From Planctomycetota bacterium (GTDB lineage: Bacteria > Planctomycetota > MHYJ01 > WSZJ01): a stretch of DNA of 63,902 bases. Below the pieces are notes generated by a model that was given only the letters and a program-made list of their open reading frames with translations, was not told the origin of the DNA and ran no database searches. Numbering within the stretch: position 1 is the first letter of the stretch; each line of letters begins with the position of its first letter. Below, in pieces: positions 18,262 through 27,814 of the stretch. The stretch lies in assembly GCA_038060895.1 (NCBI GenBank), contig JBBTCT010000042.1, positions 1 to 63,902 of the forward strand, read 5' to 3'. The translations under genes and the position numbers were made by a program.

Positions 18262-19115
18262 TCTCCCGTGACTGGAAGAAATGGTACGCCGACGAACGCC
18301 GCGCCCTGGGCGCGGCCGGACTGTCCGCGCTTCTGAAAAGCGCGCCGGACGTCGAACTTCCCCGGAAGGGCGCCCTGGTTTTTCCGCACGCAAAACTGCA
18401 GGCCTGCGGCGCCCAGGTCGCCGCGGTCGCAAAGGCCGTCCTCCAATCCGGCGCCACGGAGGTCGTCGCCCTCGGCGTCCTTCACGGCGGGAGGGCCGCC
18501 GACGCCGATCTCGTGAAGGCCGCCAAAGCCGGAGACCCGGCGGCCCGCGCCCGGATGCGTCGGGTGCACGGCCCAGGCGCCCCCGGGGACGAAGGATTCT
18601 GGGCGGAGGAATTCTCGCTCGACAACTTCAAGGCGCTTCTCGATTTCGCCGCCGAACGCACAGGCCGCAGCGCGCCGCGCGTCATCGAACGCTACCCGTT
18701 CCTCGCCGGCACCAGCCCGGGCAGCCTCCAGGGCCTCGACGACCTGCGGCCGCTTCTCGAAGCCGGCGCCGCCCTCGTCGTCACCACCGACCCCGCGCAT
18801 CACGGACACGGTTACGGCACGCCGCCGCAGCAGATCCTGGACGACAGGGTTGCTGCGACGCGGACCACCGTCCTTGAAGCGGTTTCGCGCGTGTTCGACA
18901 AGCTGGCGCGCCGCGAATACCTCGATTTTCTTCGCGAGTGCGACGAACAGCGGAGCGACTTCCGCGACACGGGTCCGGCGATGGCGGCGCTTCTCGAGGG
19001 CCCGATCCTCTCGCGGATCGTGGAGCTTTGCCTGGTGGACTACTCGGATGTCCTCTCGTCGCCTCGCCCGACGTGGGTCGCCGCGGCGCTGGGCGTCTTC
19101 GAGGGCGGTGCTTAG
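18258..19115 (+). CDS. Hypothetical protein, possibly MEMO/LigB-like fold
   Basis: VFPHA, GVLH, TTDPAHHG resemble MEMO-type His motifs; ATGA overlap with dinB. Confidence 0.6.
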   Translation: MISRDWKKWYADERRALGAAGLSALLKSAPDVELPRKGALVFPHAKLQACGAQVAAVAKAVLQSGATEVVALGVLHGGRAADADLVKAAKAGDPAARARMRRVHGPGAPGDEGFWAEEFSLDNFKALLDFAAERTGRSAPRVIERYPFLAGTSPGSLQGLDDLRPLLEAGAALVVTTDPAHHGHGYGTPPQQILDDRVAATRTTVLEAVSRVFDKLARREYLDFLRECDEQRSDFRDTGPAMAALLEGPILSRIVELCLVDYSDVLSSPRPTWVAAALGVFEGGA

Positions 19116-19175
19116 CCGGGAACCTTTCGCCGCGGCGGGCGTCACAAGGGCAGCCCCCTGGTCCCGGAGGATTGC

Positions 19176-19838
19176 ATGCGCCCGTTTGCCTTCGCGTTCG
19201 CCCTTCTCGCCGCGCTTCCCGCCGCCGCCATCGAAACTTCGCCGACCCCCTGGTGGGTGCTCCGCACCGTCCCGCTCCATGCCGAAAAGGAAGGCCCGGC
19301 CGTCGTGTTCCGCTCGGCCCGGGAAGCGGATTCAGTGATGCGCTGGATCGAGCGCGACAAGATGACGAGAGCCGCAGTGGTGGACAGGGTTGATTTCGAG
19401 AAGTGGATGCTGGTGCTTGTCCGCTGCGAGGGGAATTGCGGTGCGAAGTGGGATGTCAAGGGCGCTTCCTGGGATTGCAAGGCGCCGACCCTTTTAGTCG
19501 TTCGCGAAATGAACCCGGATGGCAACGAAATGGCCGCGATCTCCTCGCTGCTCGTCCTGGTCCCGCGGACGGAGAAGGACGTGGTGGTGACCTGGAGTGA
19601 CGGCGATGTCGCGAAGATGCAGAAGGACCGCGATTGCGGCTGCAAGGGCGGTGCTCCGCCCGTCCGGACCGCCGGCGACAAGGACGCGATGGTCCTGTGC
19701 GGCCTGTGCAAGAAGGTGTCCGTCTGCGGCGGCCCGACGTGGTGCGACGAGTGCGCGAACGCGCGCCAGGCCTGCGCCACCTGCCACGGTCGTATTGCCG
19801 GAGACCCCGAGTTCAAGAAGGCAGAGGAGAAAAAATGA
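19176..19838 (+). CDS. Secreted hypothetical protein with C-terminal Cys-rich region
   Basis: Signal peptide; CGC, CGLC, CDEC, CATCH; SD GGAGG. Confidence 0.7.
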   Translation: MRPFAFAFALLAALPAAAIETSPTPWWVLRTVPLHAEKEGPAVVFRSAREADSVMRWIERDKMTRAAVVDRVDFEKWMLVLVRCEGNCGAKWDVKGASWDCKAPTLLVVREMNPDGNEMAAISSLLVLVPRTEKDVVVTWSDGDVAKMQKDRDCGCKGGAPPVRTAGDKDAMVLCGLCKKVSVCGGPTWCDECANARQACATCHGRIAGDPEFKKAEEKK

Positions 19839-20908
19839 AGCGCTTCAATCAGTCGATGATCGTCGCCGTCTTCGCGTTGCTGGTCGCCGCGCGCCCCGCC
19901 CTGGCCGAGCAGCCCGCCGAAGATCCGGCGGCCACGCCGATCGCGAAGGGGCTCGTAGCGCTGGGCAAGCTGCAGGCGGCGGACGGGCACTGGGGGGACA
20001 AGTTCCACGTCGCGGTGACGTCGATCTCGGCGCTGGCGATTCTGGCGGCCGAGGAGAAGCCGTTCGACAACGAGCGCCTGTGGAAGGCGTACGACTGGCT
20101 CCTGACCCAGCAGACGGACGGCGACTTCAAGGCCGAGGGGCACACGTGGCTGCACAGCCAGGGGTTCGCGACGCTGTTCTTCGCGGAGCTGTACGGCAAG
20201 TGCCTGTTCGAGAAGGAACCGCCGAAGAAAATCGACATGGAGAAGTTGAAGACGATGGTGACGCAGGCGGCGGACCTGATCGCGCGCGCGCAGAGCACCG
20301 AGGGTGGGTGGTATTACCAGAAGGACCCGGGCGGCCAGCACGAGGGTTCGACGACGGTCTGCGCCGTGCAGGCGCTTCGGGCCGCGAAGGACTTCGGGAT
20401 CAAGGTGCCGAAGCAGGTGCTCGACAAGGGGTTCGCGTACCTGAAGGAGACGCAACTCGCCGACGGCGGGTTCGAGTACCAGAAGGGGATGGGGAGCTCG
20501 ATGGTTGCGGGGACGAGCGGCGCGCTGGCGACGCTGGTGCTCATGCAGCGGCTCGACGAGAAGGTCCTGATCAACGCCATGGGGTTCCTCGGGAACCAGA
20601 AGGTCGAGGGGCTCGCGAAGGACCGTTTTCCCGACTATGCGCTCTTCTACGCCATGATGGCCATGCAGGTCATCGACGAGGAATACGGCGAGCACAAGCC
20701 GGAGGCGAAGGCCTGGATCCCGCTGATCCGCGATTTCGTGGTGAAGTCGCAGGGCGAGGACGGCATCTGGAAGAACATCGGTTGGATGGGAAGCGAAGAG
20801 TCGAGCGCGGCGTACGCGACGGGGTATTACGTCCTGACGCTGTCGGTGCCGAAAGGAAAGCTGAGCATTTTTCATCGGGATCCGCCGGAGCTGCCGGAAG
20901 GCAAGTAG
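19835..20908 (+). CDS. Secreted prenyltransferase/squalene-oxidase-repeat protein
   Basis: QAADGHW, QQTDGDF, QSTEGGWYY, QLADGGF, QGEDGIW repeats; ATGA overlap. Confidence 0.85.
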   Translation: MKRFNQSMIVAVFALLVAARPALAEQPAEDPAATPIAKGLVALGKLQAADGHWGDKFHVAVTSISALAILAAEEKPFDNERLWKAYDWLLTQQTDGDFKAEGHTWLHSQGFATLFFAELYGKCLFEKEPPKKIDMEKLKTMVTQAADLIARAQSTEGGWYYQKDPGGQHEGSTTVCAVQALRAAKDFGIKVPKQVLDKGFAYLKETQLADGGFEYQKGMGSSMVAGTSGALATLVLMQRLDEKVLINAMGFLGNQKVEGLAKDRFPDYALFYAMMAMQVIDEEYGEHKPEAKAWIPLIRDFVVKSQGEDGIWKNIGWMGSEESSAAYATGYYVLTLSVPKGKLSIFHRDPPELPEGK

Positions 20909-20937
20909 TGAGTAGTTGGTAGTGGGTAGTGGGTAGG
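20906..20937 (+). repeat. Heptamer (TAGTGGG) tandem repeat starting at a stop codon
   Basis: TAG at 20906, 20913, 20920, 20927 and 20934. Confidence 0.85.
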
Positions 20938-20975
20938 GACGGTGAGTTGGGTTGAAGGCGTGTAGAATCCGCGCC

Positions 20976-21419
20976 TTGAAGACGACTCCGCTGACGACGG
21001 CCGACCGTGAACTGGTGCGCGCTGCCCGCGGCGCGCTGCGTGCCGACATGAACCCGCGCCGCCACGGCGTCGGATGCGCGATCCGCGGCGAGTCCGGCCG
21101 CATTTACGTCGGCGTCAACGTCGAAGCCTGCGGCTATGGGCCCTGCGCCGAACCGATCGCCCTTGGCTCCGCCATCGCCGCCGGCGAACGACGCTTTGAG
21201 ACCGCCGTCGCCGTCGTCCCGCGCGGCAAGGGAGCCGAAGTCCTCTCCCCCTGCGGCAATTGCCGGCAACTCTTCCTCGATTACGCGCCCGATGCCTGGA
21301 TCATCGTGCGGGACGGAAAGCGCGAGTTCAAGGCGCGGGCGAAAGATCTCCTGCCGGCAGCCTACAGAAGTGGATTTGCGGTGAGGGAAGGGAAACGCGC
21401 AGGGCGAAACGGGAGGTAG
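20976..21419 (+). CDS. Cytidine deaminase family protein
   Basis: GVNVE, PCAE, LSPCGNCRQ; TTG start 7 nt after TAGAAT. Confidence 0.85.
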   Translation: MKTTPLTTADRELVRAARGALRADMNPRRHGVGCAIRGESGRIYVGVNVEACGYGPCAEPIALGSAIAAGERRFETAVAVVPRGKGAEVLSPCGNCRQLFLDYAPDAWIIVRDGKREFKARAKDLLPAAYRSGFAVREGKRAGRNGR

Positions 21420-21426
21420 GGACAGC

Positions 21427-22041
21427 ATGGCAGACCCCGCCGCGGAGTTCATCGCGCAACTCGACCGTGCGCCGGCCGACCAGCGCCCCCCGAACTGGAC
21501 GCACGTGAAGGCCCTGATGGCGCGCCGTGCGCCGGCGCTCGGAGAAGCGGCGCCTGACTTTGAGCTCGCGACGCCGGAAGGGAAAACGCGAATCCGCCGC
21601 TCCGGGTTCCAGGCCGGCCGACCGCTCGTGCTGAACTTCGGCAGCTTCACCTGACCGCCCTTCCGCCGCCATGCCGACACCATGGAGCGGCTCTACCGGG
21701 AGTGGAGCGATCGGGTCGGGTTCCTGATGGTGTACATCCGGGAGGCGCGTCCTTCGGACGAATGGCAGATGCCGTCGAACGTCGAGCAGAGCGTGGTGTT
21801 CGAGCAGCCGCGCACGGAAGCGGCGCGCGCGGAGGCGGCGGGAGCGTGCTGCTCGCGGCTGAAGGTCTCGATGCCGTGCGTCGTGGACTCGCTCGACAAC
21901 GCGGTGGACGCGGCGTACGCGGCGTGGCCGGAGCGGCTGTTCGTCGTGGACGGAAAGGGGAGAATCGCGTTTGTCACGGAGCAGGGGCCGTGGGGATACC
22001 AGCCCGAGTTGCTGGAGCAATGGCTGAAGGCGCATGTCTGA
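21427..22041 (+). CDS. Iodothyronine deiodinase-like (thioredoxin-fold) protein with in-frame TGA (21652-21654), putative selenoprotein
   Basis: APDF..RPLVLNFGSFT-TGA-PPFR..FLMVYIREARPSDEW..VDSLDN..YAAWPERLFVV. Confidence 0.9.
21663..21690 (+). promoter_or_regulatory. Candidate SECIS hairpin
   Basis: CCGC..CCATG-(CCGACAC)-CATGG.GCGG; 19 nt between UGA and loop. Confidence 0.5.
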
Positions 22042-25009
22042 TCGCGACGACCTCATCGGCCGACTCGCAGTCCGTCTCCGGCTGATCGCCCCGGAGCGCT
22101 GGCAGCGCGCGCTCGAATCCTGGCGCGCGGGGCCGCCGTCGGAGCTCGGCACTTTCCTTGTCGCGCGCGGCGACCTGACCGAACGTGCGGCCTCGGCGCT
22201 TCGCGCGCTCGCATCCGAAGTCCCCGAGCACGAGTCTTCCGTGCCGCACACGGTCGTCTCTCCCTCCGCCGGCACGCGACTCCTCCCCGGGCCGCTTCCC
22301 CCGGACTCCGGGAAATTCGCGATCGGCGAAGAGCTCGGCCGCGGCGGGATCGGGCGCGTCGTGGAGGCCAGGGACGCCGACTTCGGCCGGCCGGTCGCGC
22401 TGAAGCTCCTGCTCGAGACCGCGGACGCAAATGCGCTGGAGCGTTTTCGCCGCGAAGCGCGCCTGACGGGGTACCTGGAGCATCCCAACATCGTTCCGGT
22501 GCATGAGATGGGGGTGCTTCCGGGGACGACGCAGTGGTACTACAGCATGAAGCGGATCGCGGGGCGGGACATGTCGCGCGTCATCCGGCAGGCGCGCGCC
22601 GCTTCGGCGGACCCCGCGGCGACGAAATCGCTCCGGTGGTCGCAGCGGCGGCTCGTCGAGGCGTTCCGTGACGCGTGCCGGGCGGTGGCGTATGCGCACT
22701 CGAAAGGCGTGATCCATCGCGACATCAAGCCAGCGAACATCATGCTGGGGGAGTTCGGGGAAGTGCTGGTCGTGGACTGGGGTCTGGCGCGGGAACTGGG
22801 AGAGCGCGAGCCGATCACGGGTGTTTTCTCTTCGGACGGCAAGGCGCCGAATCCCATTTTCCGTGAGACCTCCTCACCCGACGTCACGACCGCCGGCGAG
22901 ATCATCGGGACTCCGGCGTACATGTCGCCCGAACAGGCCCTGGGGAAGCACCTCGAGGTCGGCGCGCGCAGCGATGTCTGGTCCCTGGGCGCCACCCTCT
23001 ACGAAATCCTCACCGGCCGGCCGCCCTTCCAGGCTCCCACGGCGCGCGAGCTGGCGCGAAAAATCGTGAAGGAGTCACCGGCGCCGCCTCGTTCCGTTGA
23101 CGCCGCGATTCCGCCTGACCTCGAAGCGATCTGTCTTAAGGCCCTCGCTCGCGAACCCTCCGCCCGCTACGGCGACGCCGGCGAAATGGCCGGCGATGTC
23201 GAGGAGTGGCTCGATGGCGCGCGCGAGCAGGAAAGGCGCGATGCGATCGCCGCCGACCTGCTCGTCCGGGCCCGTGACGCTGCGGCGAATTTCTTCCGGC
23301 TGCGAAACGAAGCGGCCACCGCGAGGAAAGAGGAAGAGCGGAAGCGCCTCGGAACGGAGATGTGGGCGCCGCTCGAAGAACTGCGTCTCGTGTGGGACCT
23401 CGACGACCGCGCCTCGGCGCTGGAGCGGGGAAGCGCTGAAGCGTTCGCGGAGGCGGAGCAGACGCTTGCGTCGGCGCTTTCGAACGCGCCCGACAACACC
23501 GAGGCGCGCCAGCTTCGGGCGAAGCTGCACTGGGAGCGCTTCCTCGAGGCGGAAGCGGACAAGAATTCGGCCGCGATGGTGCTTCACCGCCGGATGGTGG
23601 AGTCGCACCACGACCGGTCGCTCGCTGCGGAATTGCGCGGGGAGGGCGAAGTTTCCATCGGCACGCGCGCTTACCGCTGTCGCTGTCTCCTGGACGGGCG
23701 CGAAGTGGCCGCCAGCGAGCTGGCCGTTCGCGGGCTCCATCCGTGGTCGGGGCGCGACCTGCACGGGCCGCGGCCGGCGCCGTGGCCGGGCGGCGAATCC
23801 GTGGGACGGATGCGACTGCGGGTTCACGCGGCGTCGTGCGAGCCGGAGCCCCTCGAAGGCGCGGGTGTCTGGGCGTTCCGTTTCGTCCCGATCGACCGCG
23901 TCCTGATTCCCGTGACGCCCGGGGGTGCGCCGCGGATGGGCGACGCGGTTCCCGCTGCCGCGCTGGACGCGCTCTTTCCAAATCCGGTCTGGCGCCCTCG
24001 CGGTCCCGGGCTCTACCTGGGCCGCACGCCGATCAGCGACTGTCGCCTCCCGATGGGTTCGTGGCTCCTCGTCATCGCCGCCGAGGGCCGGGCTCCGGCG
24101 CGCGTCCCGCTCTTCGTCGGCCGGCAGGAATGCGTTCGCGCCGACGTCACTCTCTTCGAGCCTGCGGAAATCCCGGAAGGATTCGTCCAGATCGCAGGCG
24201 GCCCCTTCGTCATGCAGGGCGACACCCACAACTGGGTCGGCGGCGCCGCAACCCGACGCGACGTCGACGACGTCTTCGTCGCCCGCTTCCCGGTCACCTG
24301 CCGCGATTGGGCCGGCTACGTCAACGCGGCCGGCGAAGACCCGCCCCGCCTCCCACGCCACATCAGCACTTCAAGGCCCTACTGGCCCGCGCTTCCCGGC
24401 GGCCGCACCTGCGTTCCCACCGACGAATGGCGCGCCGCCCACCCGGCCGATCTTGCCGCCCTCCAGCGAATGGAAAATGACCCCGGCGCCTGGCAGGAAG
24501 ATTGGCCTGTCCTCGCCGTCTCCTGGACCGACGGCCAGGCTTACGCCCGCTTCCGCGCCGCCCGCGAAGGCCGCCTCTTTTACCTCCCACACGAGGACGA
24601 ATGGGAAAAGGCCGCGCGCGGCGTGGATCGCCGGCCGTTCCCGTGGGGCGAGACGTTTGAAGCGCTCTTCGCCAATGTCCAGGGCTCCTTCAGCGGCCTG
24701 CAGCGACCGACGCCAGTAGATTCCTTCCCGTTCGACGAATCCCCGTACGGCGTCCGGGGCCTCGGCGGCAATGCGGCCGACCGATGCCTGAGCGAGCCCG
24801 GCCAGGACCGCTGGCCGGATTGGCGCGTCATCAAGGGAGGGAGTTGGCAGAAGGTCGCGATGTACGCGCGGTCCAGCTACCGCGCCGGCGCGCCGGTCGA
24901 GACGACCAACCTCGGAAACGGACACCGGCTCGCGTGCGCCGTGCGGCTTTCGAAGCCGGAAGCGACCGTCGAGGATTTCCGCGGGCAGCTGGTGGTGAGT
25001 CAGCATTGA
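22034..25009 (+). CDS. Hanks-type Ser/Thr kinase with C-terminal FGE-sulfatase domain
   Basis: LGRGGIG, VALK, HRDIKPAN, DWG, GTPAYMSPEQ; PV..VSW, EWEKAARG, PYGVRGLGGN, KGGSW. Confidence 0.93.
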   Translation: MSDRDDLIGRLAVRLRLIAPERWQRALESWRAGPPSELGTFLVARGDLTERAASALRALASEVPEHESSVPHTVVSPSAGTRLLPGPLPPDSGKFAIGEELGRGGIGRVVEARDADFGRPVALKLLLETADANALERFRREARLTGYLEHPNIVPVHEMGVLPGTTQWYYSMKRIAGRDMSRVIRQARAASADPAATKSLRWSQRRLVEAFRDACRAVAYAHSKGVIHRDIKPANIMLGEFGEVLVVDWGLARELGEREPITGVFSSDGKAPNPIFRETSSPDVTTAGEIIGTPAYMSPEQALGKHLEVGARSDVWSLGATLYEILTGRPPFQAPTARELARKIVKESPAPPRSVDAAIPPDLEAICLKALAREPSARYGDAGEMAGDVEEWLDGAREQERRDAIAADLLVRARDAAANFFRLRNEAATARKEEERKRLGTEMWAPLEELRLVWDLDDRASALERGSAEAFAEAEQTLASALSNAPDNTEARQLRAKLHWERFLEAEADKNSAAMVLHRRMVESHHDRSLAAELRGEGEVSIGTRAYRCRCLLDGREVAASELAVRGLHPWSGRDLHGPRPAPWPGGESVGRMRLRVHAASCEPEPLEGAGVWAFRFVPIDRVLIPVTPGGAPRMGDAVPAAALDALFPNPVWRPRGPGLYLGRTPISDCRLPMGSWLLVIAAEGRAPARVPLFVGRQECVRADVTLFEPAEIPEGFVQIAGGPFVMQGDTHNWVGGAATRRDVDDVFVARFPVTCRDWAGYVNAAGEDPPRLPRHISTSRPYWPALPGGRTCVPTDEWRAAHPADLAALQRMENDPGAWQEDWPVLAVSWTDGQAYARFRAAREGRLFYLPHEDEWEKAARGVDRRPFPWGETFEALFANVQGSFSGLQRPTPVDSFPFDESPYGVRGLGGNAADRCLSEPGQDRWPDWRVIKGGSWQKVAMYARSSYRAGAPVETTNLGNGHRLACAVRLSKPEATVEDFRGQLVVSQH

Positions 25010-25148
25010 ATCCGGCAGTGGCGTCCGAAGGACGCAACCGGTGGATTGAAGCGAGTCGAACCAGTGGTCACGCGATAAACCCGCCTCCCGTCTCTCATTG
25101 CTGCTACGCTCGATCCTCCGGACCGGGGGCCATTCGAGAATTGATGCC

Positions 25149-25532
25149 ATGAATTTTTCAAATGCGATCGTCGATGCGAAGAAGCAGCAGTCGGCCGGCA
25201 ACATGCGCTACACGCAGTTCGCCGCCCTTCTCTGGCAGGCCGGCGTCGAGTCCTACACCGTGAACGTCGCAACTCACGCGACGACCTACGCCGGGCGCAA
25301 GGGCGAGAGCCACAACGAGGCCGGTGGAACTCCGCGCACCGTGGCCGCAGCGTACGACTCCAACATCCTCGACGCCGCCGTCCGCGCGAGCCGGAGAGGC
25401 GAACTGGACGACGCCGCCTTCATGGACAAGGTGGCCGCTTCCGGAATCGCGACGGTAGAAGCGCGCATCGGCGACAAGGTGATCATCTACGCGGGACACG
25501 GCAGCTCGTACGCCGAAGCGATCACCCGGTAG
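25149..25532 (+). CDS. Hypothetical protein (DUF1398-like)
   Basis: Internally duplicated F..L..AGV.SY.V pattern; 127 aa. Confidence 0.6.
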   Translation: MNFSNAIVDAKKQQSAGNMRYTQFAALLWQAGVESYTVNVATHATTYAGRKGESHNEAGGTPRTVAAAYDSNILDAAVRASRRGELDDAAFMDKVAASGIATVEARIGDKVIIYAGHGSSYAEAITR

Positions 25533-25541
25533 GCGACTCGC

Positions 25542-26498
25542 CTAACCTTCGTCGGAAGCGACCCCCGCCGTCGCGGCGATGTCCTCCTGCTTGACGTTGT
25601 CCACCTTGAAGCGGTCCGCGCGCTTCTGGATGTCGTCGAGAGCGTCGTCGAAAGGAGGCATGACCTTCATGAACCGCAGCGGGTTGATGCGCGCGACCAC
25701 GAAGGCGCGCAGGTAGGGGCTCTTGAAGCCCTTGGCCTGAAGCGCCTTGACGACTTCCGTGACGCGCGCGTCGAGTTTCTCGATTTTCGCCGCGCGTTTT
25801 TCGCGCATCGGGAGCGCCTTCTTGAGCGGCACTTCGAACCATCCGTCAACCCGCCGGAGAATGGAGTTGTACGCGCCGCCGCTGAAGCGGCCGTTCTTCT
25901 CGTAGCAGATCCCCAGCGTCGCGAACGCGGGCTCTTCGAATTCGAAGTCGTGAGCGCTTTCGTCGCCCTCCATGCTGTCGGCCATCGCGCGGTACATGCG
26001 GATGACCTCGAGGGACTTCTCGCGCAGGTTGTGCGCCTTTTCGACGTTGAGCGCGAGGATCTTGTACTGGATCTCCGGGTCGGGGAGGACGAGCGCGATG
26101 ATCGTCTTCGCGCCGAGGCGCGTCATCGCCTCGAGCCGGTGCCTGCCGTTCGGGGTCCAGAAGACGTCGCCGGCCGGGACCGTGACGATCGGGTCGAAGT
26201 ACCGCGCGATCTTGCCGATCGTGGCCGTGAGCCGCTTCGCGTGCGCGTCGGACAGGTCGCGCTGGAACGGCGTCGGGGCGACCTTGTCGATGGGAAGAGC
26301 CGCCAGGACGACGTGCGTGCTGCCAAGAGGTTCCCGGTAGCCCGCGAGGACGGCGCCGCCGGCGGCCGTGATCTTTTCCGCAAGGGAAGCGTCCGCCGCG
26401 ACCACGCATTCCGCGGGCGTAAGGCCCTTCGACTTTGCTTCTGCGCGTCCCTTTTTCTTCCGCGGCTTCCGAGGAATTGAGGCCTTTTTCACAGGCAT
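25542..26498 (-). CDS. ParB/Srx N-terminal-domain protein
   Basis: IDKVAPTPFQRD, DPIV, PNGRHRLEA, LNVEK; SD upstream of MPVKK. Confidence 0.8.
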   Translation of the reverse strand: MPVKKASIPRKPRKKKGRAEAKSKGLTPAECVVAADASLAEKITAAGGAVLAGYREPLGSTHVVLAALPIDKVAPTPFQRDLSDAHAKRLTATIGKIARYFDPIVTVPAGDVFWTPNGRHRLEAMTRLGAKTIIALVLPDPEIQYKILALNVEKAHNLREKSLEVIRMYRAMADSMEGDESAHDFEFEEPAFATLGICYEKNGRFSGGAYNSILRRVDGWFEVPLKKALPMREKRAAKIEKLDARVTEVVKALQAKGFKSPYLRAFVVARINPLRFMKVMPPFDDALDDIQKRADRFKVDNVKQEDIAATAGVASDEG

Positions 26499-26511
26499 TG
26501 GAACCCTTCCC

Positions 26512-26847
26512 TCACATGAGGAGCGTTGCAGTCCGGGCGAGTATCGCCGACATGTCGCTGGCAGGCATCCGCTCGATGAAACGGGCCTCACGAGACTTCC
26601 AGTCCAGAGAGTGAACATGGTCTGCCAGGACGACTCCGGAACTCTTGAGTCCCTCCGGCAGCCGCACTTCGAATGGATAGCCTTTGATCCTGGAGGTGAC
26701 GGGGCAAACGAGGGCGAGTCCAATCTTTCCGTTGTAGTCCTGTTGCGAAAGCACAACCGCAGGTCGGTGACCAGCCTGCTCATGTCCTTCGGCCGGATCG
26801 AATCGGAGCCACACGATGTCTCCTCGATCCGGAATGTAGCGACTCAT
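26512..26847 (-). CDS. mazF: MazF/PemK endoribonuclease toxin
   Basis: PDRGDIVW, GHEQAGHRPAVVLS, LVCPVTS, SLDWKSR. Confidence 0.93.
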   Translation of the reverse strand: MSRYIPDRGDIVWLRFDPAEGHEQAGHRPAVVLSQQDYNGKIGLALVCPVTSRIKGYPFEVRLPEGLKSSGVVLADHVHSLDWKSREARFIERMPASDMSAILARTATLLM

Positions 26848-27089
26848 CAGATGATTTCCTTGCCGCGCCGGGGTCCGGCAAAAGTCTCTCCATGGATGTT
26901 CTTTTTCGTCACTTTCGAGAGGAGCTCGCGAAGCGTGAATCTCTCCTGTCCGATGGCGGAAATGACCAGCCTGCCGCCAATGACCTTCAGTTCAACCGGA
27001 CTTCCGGAATGTAGCTTGGCATCCTCCGCCAGGCCCTTCGGAATCCGCAGCCCCAGGCTGTTGCCCCACTTCTGGACTTTGCCCTGCAT
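26847..27089 (-). CDS. mazE: MazE/AbrB-family antitoxin
   Basis: KVQKWGNSLGLRIPK, TLRELL, GKEII; TGATG overlap with the toxin gene. Confidence 0.92.
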   Translation of the reverse strand: MQGKVQKWGNSLGLRIPKGLAEDAKLHSGSPVELKVIGGRLVISAIGQERFTLRELLSKVTKKNIHGETFAGPRRGKEII

Positions 27090-27352
27090 GGCGATCTCCC
27101 TCCGTTCGACTGACCAACACTTGTTTCGAGTAACGCGAAGAAACTCAGGGATTTCCCCGACGATGCGGTGATTGTGCCTTGGGCCACCTAAGCAAGTCGA
27201 AGGGGCCTGTGGATACATTGAGTATACATCTCCGGCCGTCACGGCGCTGCGGCGTTCTTTGCTGGCATGACCGTCCTCCCTTGATCGGCGCAATTGTACT
27301 CGGGTTCCGGTTCACTGCCTTGAGTCGAACGAAGTAGGCTGGGGCTCATCTC

Positions 27353-27814
27353 ATGAGCTCAACCGCCGAGGATTTCCTGGCTTTGCAGCCGCCGTTGAAG
27401 CGCAAGGTGCACCTTGCGCTCTGTGAACTTGCGCTGGACAGGTGGACGCACTTTTTGGCCGAGGTCCGCGTGCTGACCTACGTCGAGAGCGTCTGCGGCA
27501 CAGTTCAGCAGGTGGACTTCAAGCTGCCTTCTGACGCGCTGGAGGCTGCGAAAAGCGGGCGGGATGATTCTGGCGTCGGGCAGCGATATGAAGAGCCAAT
27601 CGCCGCGATGCAGGATGACGACCTGGAATTCCCGCCGGATGTGGAGTTCGCCTACTACGCCATTTACAACCTGTTCCAGAAGTACGCCGCAGGAGACGTC
27701 GTCGATGACTGGATCATTGTGAACCAGGCACTCTCGGCCGGGCCCGATCGGGGCAAGTGCACCGAAATCCTCGACGCGGCCATTAGCTTCGCGAGGCGAG
27801 CGCCTCCTATCTGA
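27353..27814 (+). CDS. Hypothetical protein
   Basis: 153-aa ORF with protein-like composition between mazE and gcvP. Confidence 0.6.
   Translation: MSSTAEDFLALQPPLKRKVHLALCELALDRWTHFLAEVRVLTYVESVCGTVQQVDFKLPSDALEAAKSGRDDSGVGQRYEEPIAAMQDDDLEFPPDVEFAYYAIYNLFQKYAAGDVVDDWIIVNQALSAGPDRGKCTEILDAAISFARRAPPI

Noticed and set aside
19773-19790. CATCH as a c-type heme site
   Set aside because: It is one of several CxxC pairs, so a Zn-binding or disulfide cluster is at least as likely; not enough support to call a cytochrome.
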